64,000 nt of DNA from Thermoanaerobaculia bacterium (GTDB lineage Bacteria > Acidobacteriota > Thermoanaerobaculia > Gp7-AA8). Below the pieces are notes generated by a model. The model did not search any database. It worked only from the letters and a program-made list of their open reading frames with translations, and was not told where the DNA came from. The stretch is taken from positions 4,674 through 68,673 of the forward strand of contig JBKJQB010000195.1 of the NCBI GenBank assembly GCA_046594105.1. The letters are read 5' to 3'. The position numbers and the translations under genes were made by a program. Positions 1-10,800 of this stretch are shown here, piece by piece (position 1 is the stretch's first letter; each line of letters opens with the position of its first letter).

Positions 1-1143
1 GAAGTAGAATGCGTATCCGGCGTTCTGGGCGATGAAGCCGCTGGCGGTGCCCATGACCATCCGACTGAGTCCGAAGGCGGCGGTGAGCATGGCGTACTCG
101 GTGGCGGCGCGCCTGCGGTCGCAGATCGACATCAGGAACGCCAGGAATGCCGCCGTGCCCAGGCCATAGCCGAAGTTCTCCAGAATCGCCGCGACGTAGA
201 TGCCCCAGCGGCCTGCGCCGATGGTGGCCACCACCGCATATCCGAGGTTGGACACCATCTGCGCCACTCCCAGCCAGAGAAGACTCCGGTACAGACCGAA
301 GCGGGCGACGAATGCTCCGCCGGCAATGGCTCCGGCCACGCTGATGCTGACGCCGATGACCGTGGTGATGGTGCCGATCTCCGACGGGGAGTAGCCGCGG
401 TCCACCCAATAGGGCTTGATCATGGAGACGATGGCCAGCTCGCCCAGTCGATACAGAAAAACGATGGCCAGCAGAGTTCCGGCCCGAGGTCTGGAGAGCC
501 AGTCACGCAGCCCGCGAACGAGACTCGGTCGTTCCGTTCCTGCGTCGTTGCCGCCGCGATCGTCCGGCAGGAACAGCGTGATCACGAAGATCACCGCGAG
601 CAGCGCGGCAGCGGCGGCGAACGTCCCCGGCCAGCCGGCGCGGTCGGCCAGTGCGGCCAGGCCTCCGCCGCCGACGATGATGGCGATGCGGTACGCCATC
701 ACCCGGATGGAGTTGACCGGACCGACCATCTGCGTCGGCGTAGCCCGGATGGTGAAGGCGTCCACCGCGAGATCCTGCGTAGCGGAGGCCAGCGCCAGGA
801 TGGTAATGAGGATCCAGAAGTTCCTGCCATGGGCGCCGTGAAGCGCGGCCAGCGCACCCATGGCCACCGCCATCGTCAGGACGGCGGCGGAAATCCATCG
901 GCGATAGGAGCCGAAGGTGTCGATCAGCGGCGACCAGAAAACCTTGAGGGTCCAGGCGGAGCCGACCGTGCTCAGGAATCCGATGGAGATCAGCGGTACG
1001 TGCTCCACCCGCAGATAGACCGGCAGAAGGTCGGTGACGATGCCGAAGGGAAACCCCTCCGAGAAATAGAGGATGCTGGCGACGGAGCCGATGAAGAAGG
1101 AGGTTCGCTGCGGGCGCGTCAACGGCTCATCCTGTGGCGTCAT
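1..1143 (-). CDS. ampG: AmpG-like MFS muropeptide permease (3' end lies beyond window start)
   Basis: Minus-strand reading frame is open from ATG (complement of 1141-1143) to position 1, so it is absent from the ORF track. Hand translation gives MTPQDEPLTRPQRTSFFIGSVASILYFSEGFPFGIVTDLLPVYLRVEHVPLISIGFLSTVGSAWTLKVFWSPLIDTFGSYRRWIS. The LPVYL...K.LW.PL.D N-terminal pattern and multiple TM helices are typical of AmpG/MFS_1. Confidence 0.65.
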   Translation of the reverse strand, partial: MTPQDEPLTRPQRTSFFIGSVASILYFSEGFPFGIVTDLLPVYLRVEHVPLISIGFLSTVGSAWTLKVFWSPLIDTFGSYRRWISAAVLTMAVAMGALAALHGAHGRNFWILITILALASATQDLAVDAFTIRATPTQMVGPVNSIRVMAYRIAIIVGGGGLAALADRAGWPGTFAAAAALLAVIFVITLFLPDDRGGNDAGTERPSLVRGLRDWLSRPRAGTLLAIVFLYRLGELAIVSMIKPYWVDRGYSPSEIGTITTVIGVSISVAGAIAGGAFVARFGLYRSLLWLGVAQMVSNLGYAVVATIGAGRWGIYVAAILENFGYGLGTAAFLAFLMSICDRRRAATEYAMLTAAFGLSRMVMGTASGFIAQNAGYAFYF

Positions 1144-1268
1144 TGTGGCGCAGGAGGGCACCCGCGGCGAACGTTTTCCGGGCCTCCATCACCACAGAGG
1201 CGTGGAGAGAGGCGTAATGGCTACTCCCTGTCCTCGCTGCCGTGGGGGGCGAGAAACGGAAGCGGGGA

Positions 1269-1778
1269 TCAGCGCCCGGAGGAGAACACGGTGATGGGGA
1301 AGCGCATGGAGCCGATGGGGGTGTTGTAGAAGGCGTTCCCGCGGATCTCGTAGCGCGCCCGATTGCCCTGCACCATGTCTGCGACGTCGCGAAACACCGT
1401 GCGCATGTTGTCGTAGCCGACCCGCGTTCTCAGATGAACATCCCCGAGGCCGCGTGCCGGGATGTTGATCCGCTGGTCGCTGCTGACGCTTTGCAGCACG
1501 GGGTTGTCGTTGATGAGCAGATCAAAGTCGACGCGGTCGAGCCGCAGGTTGACGGAGTTCGGGTTGTTCACGCCGAGGGTGAAATCGAAGTCGATGCTCG
1601 ACGCGGAGAGGGGGAGGGCGATGGACACCCGCGGGCGGATGTCGCGGATCGAGTAGCTGGGGTTCTCGATGTTCAGGGCCCGGCCAACCGTGTTGCATCC
1701 TGACAGTGTGAGTGTGGCCGCCGACAGGGCGATGCAGAGGGTCGTCAGAAGGGTCGCGTAGAGGAGGTTGCGTTTCAT
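1269..1778 (-). CDS. lipoprotein, LEA_2/WHy-like (water-stress/hypersensitive-response-type) domain
   Basis: 169 aa. Signal peptide with lipobox LTLSGC. Repeated beta-rich segments (DFDFTLGVNNPNSVNLRLDRVDFDLLIND) resemble the LEA14/WHy fold. Confidence 0.5.
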   Translation of the reverse strand: MKRNLLYATLLTTLCIALSAATLTLSGCNTVGRALNIENPSYSIRDIRPRVSIALPLSASSIDFDFTLGVNNPNSVNLRLDRVDFDLLINDNPVLQSVSSDQRINIPARGLGDVHLRTRVGYDNMRTVFRDVADMVQGNRARYEIRGNAFYNTPIGSMRFPITVFSSGR

Positions 1779-2009
1779 GCCGAGAGACCATTCTGCAAGG
1801 CGCGCGCCCTTTCTCGGAGCCGGATTCCTCTACGAAGCGACCTGAAAAAGGAGGGGGTCGCGCGTGGAGTGTCACGAACGAAGGACGGAAGAGTCATCGA
1901 GCGGACACAGGGCGGGAAGCGGGTTGTCGGAGGGCTCCGGTGGCCACTTCCTCCTGTGCTATGGTCCGCCGGTTGCACCAGCCCCCTCGGGAACGGCTGA
2001 GGAGAGACT

Positions 2010-2717
2010 TTGGGGACTTCTGCCATCATCGCGGCTTTCAACGAAGAGAAGACGCTCGCCGAAGTCCTCGCCGTGCTCACGCACAGCCCTCTCATCGATG
2101 AAGTGATCGTGGTCAGCGATGGATCGACCGACCGGACCGTTGAGATCGCTCGCAGCTTCGATGTCGTCACCATCGCACTTCGGGAAAACCGTGGGAAGGG
2201 TTACGCGATGCGGGTCGGTGTCCAGTACGCCAGCCACGACATCCTCTTCTTCGTCGACGGCGACATGTTCAACCTCACCGAGGAACATCTCGCGTCGCTG
2301 ATCGTGCCGGTGCAGCGGAATTTGTCGGACATGAATATCGGAGTCCGCAACCGTGGCCCGCTCCGCAACTTCTTTCACCTGCAGATGAAGGTCGGCCCCG
2401 TGCTCTCCGGGATCCGGGTGATGCGGCGGTCAGTCTGGGAAACGGTTCCCCTTCGTTACCAGGAGCGCTTCAAGATCGAGGCGGCCCTCAACTTCTTCTG
2501 TTCGCGCGCCGGCTTCCGCCAGCAGCAGACGATCATCTATGACCTGGGACACCTCATCAAAGAAAACAAGCGGGGCCTTTTCCCGGGATTGGCGGCGCGA
2601 TGGGAGATGTCGAGCGAGGTCTTCCTTCTCCACTGGGACCTTTACCTGTTCGAGATGTGGCGTTCTGAGGGGGAGCCCGAACCTCTTCCGGTCGCTGAGT
2701 ACGATCTGTTCGAGTGA
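2010..2717 (+). CDS. family 2 glycosyltransferase
   Basis: 235 aa. N-terminal AIIAAFNEEKTL (GT2 NEE motif). VVSDGSTDRT and FFVDGDM (DxD) motifs. TTG start at 2010 preceded by GGAGAG. Confidence 0.75.
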   Translation: MGTSAIIAAFNEEKTLAEVLAVLTHSPLIDEVIVVSDGSTDRTVEIARSFDVVTIALRENRGKGYAMRVGVQYASHDILFFVDGDMFNLTEEHLASLIVPVQRNLSDMNIGVRNRGPLRNFFHLQMKVGPVLSGIRVMRRSVWETVPLRYQERFKIEAALNFFCSRAGFRQQQTIIYDLGHLIKENKRGLFPGLAARWEMSSEVFLLHWDLYLFEMWRSEGEPEPLPVAEYDLFE

Positions 2718-2790
2718 ATCGTTGTAACGGCCGCATCTCTGCCGGACGATGGTGGGCGCGCGCAGGCGAGCCTGAAAACCTTGAGCGACG

Positions 2791-3273
2791 TCAGTTGTCT
2801 CCAGCGTACTGGCTCAGCTCCCGAACGAAAATCTGGTTGTAGTGCCCGCCGGGCGTCTCGTAGCTGACCACTCCTCGAATGGTGACCGGCTCGGTATCGC
2901 GCGCGCTCCGTCCGTATCCCACGGCCCTGGCCCAGAACGGAGCGGAGGCCACGCCACCCGGCTCAATCGTCTTGTGGAAGTAGTACGCCCGGGGCGTCAC
3001 GGTAAACGCGCCCCCGTCGGGGTTCACCGTCTGGATCTCGATCCGCCGGAGGGTGAGGGGAACCTTCGCCCGGTTTCCGATCCGCAGTTCGATCTTGACC
3101 TCCATATCCCCCTCGGGGAAGTTCTGCTCGTGCGGGCCCACCAGCTGGCGGATTTCGAGATCAGGCTCGGCGATCTGTACCTTGCCCGCGGGCGGGGTCT
3201 TCGCTGGAGCGACAGCGGAGTTCGACGAGGAGCAGGCGACGAGGAGAAGAGTGGCCAGAAGAAGGCGTTGCAT
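2791..3273 (-). CDS. hypothetical lipoprotein
   Basis: 160 aa. Signal peptide MQRLLLATLLLVACSSS with lipobox LVAC. No recognisable catalytic motifs. Confidence 0.55.
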   Translation of the reverse strand: MQRLLLATLLLVACSSSNSAVAPAKTPPAGKVQIAEPDLEIRQLVGPHEQNFPEGDMEVKIELRIGNRAKVPLTLRRIEIQTVNPDGGAFTVTPRAYYFHKTIEPGGVASAPFWARAVGYGRSARDTEPVTIRGVVSYETPGGHYNQIFVRELSQYAGDN

Positions 3274-3361
3274 CGCTGAATTCTAGATCGGATGGCTGGA
3301 GGCGTCAGGCCCTGAAAAAGCAGCTTCGCAAAGTGGGAGGGGAATTTGCTTTGAGGGAAGC

Positions 3362-4123
3362 ATGGCAAACCGCGACGACATCGATCGGATCTCTCCCACC
3401 CGGGAGCCGGACGCACCGGTAGTACTGGTTCAGGACTGGCACCATCTGCTTTTTCTGCACTGGGAGATTCCACCGGCCGAACTGCAGGCCCTGCTCCCGC
3501 CCGATTTGACCGTCGACACATTCGACGGGAAGGCCTACGTGGGACTGATTCCGTTCACCATGACCGGAGTACGCCCGGTTCTGGCACCGGCGCTGCCGTG
3601 GATTTCCAGCTTTCACGAGGTCAACGTGAGGACCTACGTGCATCACCGGGGAGCGAATCCGGGGGTTTGGTTCTTCAGTCTGGACGCTTCCAGTGTGATC
3701 GCCGTTGCGGCGGCTCGCGCTGCCTATCATCTGCGTTACTTCAACGCGAGCATGGAGATGACTGCGTCGAAAACACCGCTGCCCGAGATCGAGTTCCATT
3801 CGCGCCGGGAGGACCCGGCCGGGCCGATGCCGGCCAATGCCCACATACGCTATGCGCCGCGAGACGGAGTGATTCACCGAAACGCTCCGGGGAGCCTCGA
3901 TCACTTTCTGATGGAGCGATATTTTCTTTACGCCACGGATGACGATCGCCAGTTGTATCGCTCCCGAGTCCACCACCAGCCCTATCCGGCGCAGCGCGCG
4001 GAAGTGAGGCAGCTGGAGGAAACGCTGATCTGGGCATCGGGAATCCGTCGTTCCGATGCAGCGCCGATCGCGCATTACGCCAGCGGTGTGCACGTCAAGG
4101 TGTATCCCATCGACCGGCTGTGA
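3362..4123 (+). CDS. DUF2071 (YqjF-like) family protein
   Basis: 253 aa. WHHLLFLHWEIPPAELQALLP...GKAYVGLIPF pattern is typical of the COG3361/DUF2071 family. Confidence 0.55.
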   Translation: MANRDDIDRISPTREPDAPVVLVQDWHHLLFLHWEIPPAELQALLPPDLTVDTFDGKAYVGLIPFTMTGVRPVLAPALPWISSFHEVNVRTYVHHRGANPGVWFFSLDASSVIAVAAARAAYHLRYFNASMEMTASKTPLPEIEFHSRREDPAGPMPANAHIRYAPRDGVIHRNAPGSLDHFLMERYFLYATDDDRQLYRSRVHHQPYPAQRAEVRQLEETLIWASGIRRSDAAPIAHYASGVHVKVYPIDRL

Positions 4124-4212
4124 TGCGCTTCCGTTGCGGAGCGCTTGTGGCCGTTCGCGTGCGCCGCGGATGATCTCGTCTGTTATATTGAGCCTCTCAT
4201 TTCGAGTTTCCA

Positions 4213-7200
4213 TTGGCCGACATTCCTGTCGCACAAACGCGCACCGAGGCATCGACCGAAGCCGCGCTTCGCGAGGCCGGCGACCGCCTCCGCCGGCAAA
4301 ACGAGGTGCTGGCGGATCTGGCGCGCCGTCAGGCCGTGCCCGGCGCCGATTTCGACCAGTGTCTGCGCGACCTCACAGACGCTGCCGCGCAGACACTGGG
4401 CATCGGCCGGGTCAGCGTCTGGTTTTTCGACGATCGAAGGGAGAGGCTGCACTGCGCGGATCTGTACGAGCTGGGCGCCGGTGAGCACTCCTCAGGAAGC
4501 GAGCTGAGAGTCGCCGCGTTTCCGGACTACTTTCATGCTCTCCAGGTCGAGCGCACCATCACTGCTCACGATGTGCACGCCGATCCGCGCGTGCGAGGCT
4601 TCGCCGCCTACCACCGTTCGGCTGCGATCACCGCGCTGATCGACGCACCCATCCACCACGCCGGCGAGATCGTGGGCGTGGTCTGTCACGAGCACGTGGA
4701 GACCCCTCGCCGCTGGAGCATCGAGGAAGAGACCTTTGCCAGCTCCATCGCGGACCTGATCTCGATCGGGATCGAGGCACGGGAACGCCGCACGGCGCAG
4801 GAGTCTCTTCAGCATCGCTTGAAATTTGAAACGCTGATTTCCAGCATCTCGACGCAGTTCGTGAACGTCGATTCCGACCAGCTCGATGGCGACATCACTG
4901 GGGCCATGGCCAGGGTCGCGGAGTTCGTGGGAGCGGATCGCGCGTTCCTGTATTCGTTTTCCGAGGACGCGACCATCGCCACGGTCACCCATCAATGGGA
5001 TGCCAGCGTGGAACGGCGACGCCAGTTCAAGCCGGTGGCCTTTCCGGTCGCGGCATTTCCCTGGACCTTCCGCACCCTCCTCGACTCCGAATCCTTGATC
5101 ATCGACACGGAAACCCTTCCCGCCGAGGCGGCGGCGGAACGCGCCATGTACGAGCAGGCTGGCAATGCCTCGGTGGTGTTGATTTCTCTCCTCTACAACC
5201 GAGTGCAGTTAGGAGTGCTGGGAGTGGGGTCGGGAGTCCGCAAAAGCTGGAGCGACGAGAGCGTGGCGCTGTTGCGGATGACCGGGGAGATTTTCGTCAG
5301 CGCGATCCAACGCCATCGGAACGAGGCGGCGCTCCGGCAGAGCGAGCAGAATCATCGATTGCTGTTCGAGCGAAACCTCGCTGGCGTCTATCGGAACACG
5401 ATCGAGGGTCGCGTTCTGGAGTGCAACGAGGCCCTGGTGCGCATGCTGGGATACGAATCCAAAGAAGAGTTCATGAGGCATCCCGCTTCTGATCTGTACG
5501 TCACCGCCGGCGGCCGGGATAAGTTCATCGAGCATCTCCGCCGCGAACGGACGATGACCAACGTGGAAATCTGCCTGCGCCGCAAAGATGGCAGCGTGGC
5601 GTGGCTGCTGGAGAGCGTGCATCTGCTGGAGGGCGAGCCTGAGATTCTGGAAGGCACGCTGATTGACATCACCGATCGCAAGAGAACCGAGGACGCCTTG
5701 CGCGAGAGCGAGCGGCGGTACCGCCTTCTGGTGGAACGGATGCGTGAGGGGCTGGCTCAGGTCGACAACGACAACGTGCTTCGATTCGTGAACGATCGCT
5801 TCTGCGAGATGGTCGGATACACGCGCGAGGAGTTGCTGGGCCGCAATGGCGACTTCCTGCTGGCCGCTCCCGAAGATGTGGCTCTGATGGGGACCAAGGT
5901 GCAGTCGAGACTGCAGGGAGTGGCGGACCAGTATCAAGTGCGGGTACGGCGCAAGGACGGGACGCTGATCTGGCTGGAGATCGGTGGCGCGCCGGTCATC
6001 GACTCCCAGGGCGCGGTGATCGGATCGATCGGGGTCCACGACGACATCACCGAGCGCCGCGCTGCCGAGCAGGCTCTTCGCGACAGCGAGGCTCGCTACC
6101 GGCTGCTGGCGGAAAACTCCACCGACATGATTACCAGGAGCGCAGCCGACGGCACCTTTCTCTATGCCTCGGATGCCAGCCGCACGCTCCTCGGATACCA
6201 GCCCTCCGAACTGGAGGGGCGGAACGTCTACGATTTCATGCACCCGCCCGACCAGAATGAGATCCGTCACCTCGCCGCCCTCATCAACGACACTCGATCG
6301 ACCACCTTCAGCTTCCGGATGCGCAGAAAAGAGGGAGCGCTGGTGTGGTTCGAGACCACCTGCCGGCTGCTTCGCGATCCCGTCACGGGCGCGGCGGGCG
6401 AGATCCTCGGGGTATCGCGGGACATCACCGAGCGCAAGCGCGCTGAGGAGCAGATCGAATTTCAGGCGTACCACGATGCCCTCACCGGGCTGCCCAATCG
6501 ACGACTCTTCCGCGACCGGCTGACCGTGGCCCTGGCCCATGCGCGGCGGATGCGCTCTCTGGTGGCAGTGATGTTCCTGGACCTCGATCGGTTCAAGGAA
6601 GTCAACGACACACTGGGTCACAGCTTCGGCGATGAGATGCTCAAAGAGGTGGCCACCCGGCTGCAACAGTCGCTGCGCGAAGAGGACTCCATCGCCCGCA
6701 TGGGAGGTGACGAGTTCACCGTGCTCCTGGCCGACCTCGGAAGCTCGGACGACGTTGCCAGCATCGCCCAGAAGCTGATCGACGCCGTGGCCCTGCCCAT
6801 GTGCATCGAAGAGCGCGAGATCTTCATCACCACCAGCATCGGGATCGCGCTCTTTCCCAGCGACGGCGACACCGCGGAACTGCTGCTGAAGAACGCGGAT
6901 CACGCGATGTACCGGGCCAAGGATGCCGGCCGCGGATCGCTCCAGCTCTTTACCCCCGCCATGAACAGCCGGGCCCTCGATCGGCTGTCCATGGAGAACG
7001 ATCTCCGGCGTGCCCTGGAGCGGGAAGAGCTCGTTCTCTACTATCAGCCTCAGCTCGACGTAAAGACGCGCACGGTGACGGGCGTGGAGGCTTTGCTGCG
7101 CTGGCGTCGTGCTGATGGCCAGATGACCAGTCCGGCGACGTTCATCCCCATCGCCGAGGAGACCCGGTTGATCATTCCCATCGGTGAGTGGGTGGTGCGG

Positions 7201-7734
7201 GAGGCCTGCCGTCAGGCGCGGCGGTGGCAGCTGGAGGGCCACCCCGGGCTCCGCGTGGCGGTGAATCTGTCGCCGAGACAGTTTCAACAGGCCGACCTGC
7301 CGAGCATGATTGCCTCCGCCCTCGAGGAGTCCGGTCTTCGCGCCTCCGACCTGGAGTTGGAGATCACCGAAAACACAGCCATGCAGAACACCGATCGCAC
7401 CATCGCCATCCTGCGCAGCCTGCGGGACATGGGGGTGTGCATCGCCATCGACGACTTTGGAACCGGTCACTCCTCGCTCAACTATCTGCGAAGCTTTCCC
7501 ATCGACACGGTCAAGATCGATCAGGAGTTCGTGCAGGGGATCGAGACCAGCGAGGCCGATCGGGCCATCGTCTCCGCGGTCATCGGAATGGCGCGCGGCC
7601 TGCGACTGCGGGTGGTGGCGGAAGGTGTGGAGACCGAACCGCAGCTGGCCTTCCTTGCACAGGAAGGATGCGACGAAGTGCAGGGATATCTTTTCGGCCG
7701 TCCTTCGCCGACCCTCCCTGAGCGCGCGGCCTGA
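4213..7734 (+). CDS. c-di-GMP signalling protein: GAF - PAS x3 - GGDEF - EAL
   Basis: 1173 aa with a TTG start. GAF-like N-terminal region. Three PAS/PAC blocks ([14 protein letters not shown] and [12 protein letters not shown] linkers). GGDEF motif as RMGGDEF. EAL domain motifs [23 protein letters not shown] and EGVETE. Confidence 0.85.
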   Translation: MADIPVAQTRTEASTEAALREAGDRLRRQNEVLADLARRQAVPGADFDQCLRDLTDAAAQTLGIGRVSVWFFDDRRERLHCADLYELGAGEHSSGSELRVAAFPDYFHALQVERTITAHDVHADPRVRGFAAYHRSAAITALIDAPIHHAGEIVGVVCHEHVETPRRWSIEEETFASSIADLISIGIEARERRTAQESLQHRLKFETLISSISTQFVNVDSDQLDGDITGAMARVAEFVGADRAFLYSFSEDATIATVTHQWDASVERRRQFKPVAFPVAAFPWTFRTLLDSESLIIDTETLPAEAAAERAMYEQAGNASVVLISLLYNRVQLGVLGVGSGVRKSWSDESVALLRMTGEIFVSAIQRHRNEAALRQSEQNHRLLFERNLAGVYRNTIEGRVLECNEALVRMLGYESKEEFMRHPASDLYVTAGGRDKFIEHLRRERTMTNVEICLRRKDGSVAWLLESVHLLEGEPEILEGTLIDITDRKRTEDALRESERRYRLLVERMREGLAQVDNDNVLRFVNDRFCEMVGYTREELLGRNGDFLLAAPEDVALMGTKVQSRLQGVADQYQVRVRRKDGTLIWLEIGGAPVIDSQGAVIGSIGVHDDITERRAAEQALRDSEARYRLLAENSTDMITRSAADGTFLYASDASRTLLGYQPSELEGRNVYDFMHPPDQNEIRHLAALINDTRSTTFSFRMRRKEGALVWFETTCRLLRDPVTGAAGEILGVSRDITERKRAEEQIEFQAYHDALTGLPNRRLFRDRLTVALAHARRMRSLVAVMFLDLDRFKEVNDTLGHSFGDEMLKEVATRLQQSLREEDSIARMGGDEFTVLLADLGSSDDVASIAQKLIDAVALPMCIEEREIFITTSIGIALFPSDGDTAELLLKNADHAMYRAKDAGRGSLQLFTPAMNSRALDRLSMENDLRRALEREELVLYYQPQLDVKTRTVTGVEALLRWRRADGQMTSPATFIPIAEETRLIIPIGEWVVREACRQARRWQLEGHPGLRVAVNLSPRQFQQADLPSMIASALEESGLRASDLELEITENTAMQNTDRTIAILRSLRDMGVCIAIDDFGTGHSSLNYLRSFPIDTVKIDQEFVQGIETSEADRAIVSAVIGMARGLRLRVVAEGVETEPQLAFLAQEGCDEVQGYLFGRPSPTLPERAA

Positions 7735-7827
7735 GCTGCGCCAGCAAGATGCCGGCGTTCCATGAGAGGCGACTGAGGAGCGAGATTGCAAAGGCCACCG
7801 GGAACCGGCGGTGCTACATTCGCGCTC

Positions 7828-10800
7828 ATGAAGCGAGCTCTTCTCCTTCCTCTCTTTCTCGCCGCATCGGTCAGGCTTTTCGCTGCCGACGAACCTCATC
7901 TGACCATCCTCAAAGCAGGACCGACCGGCGAAGTCGCTTCCCTGGCCGAAGCGAATGAAGTGCGGGTGGTCTTCAATGAGCCCATGGTGGTGATCGGAAG
8001 GATCCCCAAGCCGCTCGAGGTCCCTTGGTTTCACATCGCTCCGCAACTGAAAGGGACGTTTCGCTGGTCGGGAACCACCACGCTGATTTTCACGCCCGAC
8101 CCCAAGGTCGCTCTTCCCTTTGCCACCCGCTATGAGGTGACCATCGATCCTGCGGCGAAGGCGATCAGCGGCCGCACTCTCGACCGTGCTTACACCTTCT
8201 CGTTCGTCACTCCGACCGTGCAGCTCCGCCGGACCAACTGGTACCGCAAGGATGCAACCGCCGACGCGCCGATCGTCATCGCTCTCTGGTTCAACCAGCC
8301 CGTCGATGGCGCCACGCTCGCCTCGCATCTGCAGCTGCGAACCTTGAAGCACGAGTTCAAGACTCCGGAGATTCCGGCCATGGACCGTTTGAAGGCCAGC
8401 GATCCTGCGGGAGTCGCCGCATTCGAAGCGAAGGTTGCGCGGGCGCGGCAGGCTGCAGAAAGCGATGGAGAGCCGGTGCTGTCGTTCGTGGCATCGCAGT
8501 GGGACCGGAAGCGTTTTCCGGCCGCTCCCGAGCTGGTGGTGCTGGAGACGCGGCCGGGAGTTCCGCCGGAAACCAATCTGCAGGTGTATCTCGATGACCA
8601 GCTGGCGCGCTCGGACAAGAACGTTCGCACCGGGCGCGCGCAGACCTTCACCATCGAGCTGGAGCCGGCGCTGTTCGTCGACCATATCGAATGCCTCACC
8701 GCATGCAACGCGGAGGCTTCGAACAACATCATCTTTCGGGGACGGCGCGGGGGAATCGAATACGCGAAGTTCAAGAAGGCGATCCATGTCGCCGACATCA
8801 CCGATCCCGCGCACGAGGTGGCCGTCGCTCCGGCACCCGATCACCAGCAGCCGGAGTGGGCCATGCACATGCGCGGCTACAGCTTCGACTCGCTGGGATA
8901 CTCGCTGCTCCCCGCGCACACCTACTCGGTCCGCGTCGATTCCACGCTGGAAGCAGAAGACGGGCAGACCCTCGACCATCCCTGGATGGCCATCGTCGAG
9001 TACGGGCACCTCACCGCGTTCACCAGCTTCGGCGACGGCCATGGCGTGTGGGAATCGAGTGGCGGCCCGCTGCTCCCGTTTCATTCACGGAACTTCCGAT
9101 CGGTGCAGCAGTGGCTGAGCCCCATCGGGATCGAGCAGCTTCTGCCGACCATCCTCGATCTCGAAAAGGGCGCTTTTCACAAGGCGCCAGGGACCGTTCC
9201 CACCGATCGCAAGCTCAATCCCGTTGCGGACAAGACGCAATCGTATGGGCTGGATCTCTCGCCGGTGCGGGCCGGTCAGGGGACCGGGATCGTCTGGGTG
9301 GCCATCAAGGCTGGCGAGCCCATTCCGCGTGCTCTCCGCTACGACGACGACATCACCGCCACCATCGTGCAGGTCACCAACCTCGGGCTCTCCGTCAAGG
9401 ACAGCCCGCAGAATACGTTGGTGCTGGTCACCCGACTCGACGATGCCGCGCCGGTCGCCGGCGCGCGAGTCTCCATTCGTACGGTCGACAACAAGATTTT
9501 CTGGAGCGGCCTCACCGATGAGCGCGGGCTCGCGGTGGCCCCCAATACCGACCTGCGGATGAAGCGCGGTCCAATGCCTGCCACCACCGGCGAAGGAGAA
9601 GGCGAAGATTTCGAAGGGGGATGGCAGGCCCTGGAGAAGCTCCACTTCATCGTGACTGCGGAGAAGGACGGCGACATCGCCTACGCCGCCAGCGACTGGC
9701 ACCAGGGGATCTCGCCGTGGGATTTCAGCGTGAACTTCAATCTCAGCGAGGCAGAGCCGCTTCTGCGCGGCTCCGTCTTCACCGATCGAGGCGTGTACAA
9801 GCTGGGAGAGGAAGTGCACGCCAAGGCCATGCTCCGCAGCGACACGCCCACGGGCATGCAACTGCTGCCGCTCGGTACGAAGGTGGAGATCCTCGTTCAC
9901 GATTCGCACGACAAGGAAGTCGACAAGCGGACCGTGACTGTCAATGAATGGAGCAGCGCGGAATGGACCATGCGCGTTCCCACCGACGGGGTGCTGGGCA
10001 GCTACCGGATCGACGCTTCGGTGCAGGGACAGCAGCTCACCACCGGTGGTAATTTCCTGGTGGCTGCCTATCGCCGCCCCGACTTCCGCGTTGACGTCAC
10101 GCTGACGTCGCCGAGCACTCTGGCCGGCACCAAGCTCACCGGTGCGATCGCCGGCCGCTACCTCTTTGGCGGTGCGATGTCTTCCCGGCCGGTGAAGTGG
10201 ACCTACGCCCGCATCCCGTTCGATGACGTGCCGAAGGCAATCCGCGATCGTTTTCCGGAAGAGCAGTACACGTTCCTCGGTGAGGACTGGGAGCATCGCA
10301 AGAACGCAGAGACGATCTCCACCAAAGAGCCGAAGCTCGATGCGAAAGGAGACCTTCGCCTCTCTCTCGGCACCGACCGGAAGGCCGGCCATCCCTGGGC
10401 CTATCGCCTGGAGGGTGAGGTCACCGACGTGTCGCGGCAGAAGATCGCCAACCGCACCACGTTCCGTGTCGATCCGGCCCCCTGGTATATCGGTCTGCGG
10501 CAGCCGCCCTACTTCACCGAAGCGGCAAAAGGCTTCGATACCGCGGTGGTCACGGTGGCCCTGGACGGCACGATGACGGCGAACGTTCCGGTCACTATCG
10601 ATCTGCAGCGGATCCAGTGGAACAGCGTCCGGAAAGCGGAAGGTCGCGGCTTCTACAACTGGGAAACGCAGCGCAAGGAGATCCCGGCCGGTCACTGGAC
10701 GATCACATCCGCGGCGCAGCCGGTGCCGTTCCACGCTGCGCTCGATGCCGGTGGTCAATACGTTCTACTGGCCACGGCTACCGACGCCGAAGGGCGCTCG

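Noticed and set aside
5209-9084. 1291-aa minus-strand ORF
   Set aside because: Antisense to the GGDEF/EAL gene and the A2M gene. Arg/Gly/Pro-rich low-complexity translation typical of high-GC antisense frames. No domain motifs.
9085-10758. 557-aa minus ORF inside the A2M gene
   Set aside because: Antisense of A2M, low-complexity, no motifs.
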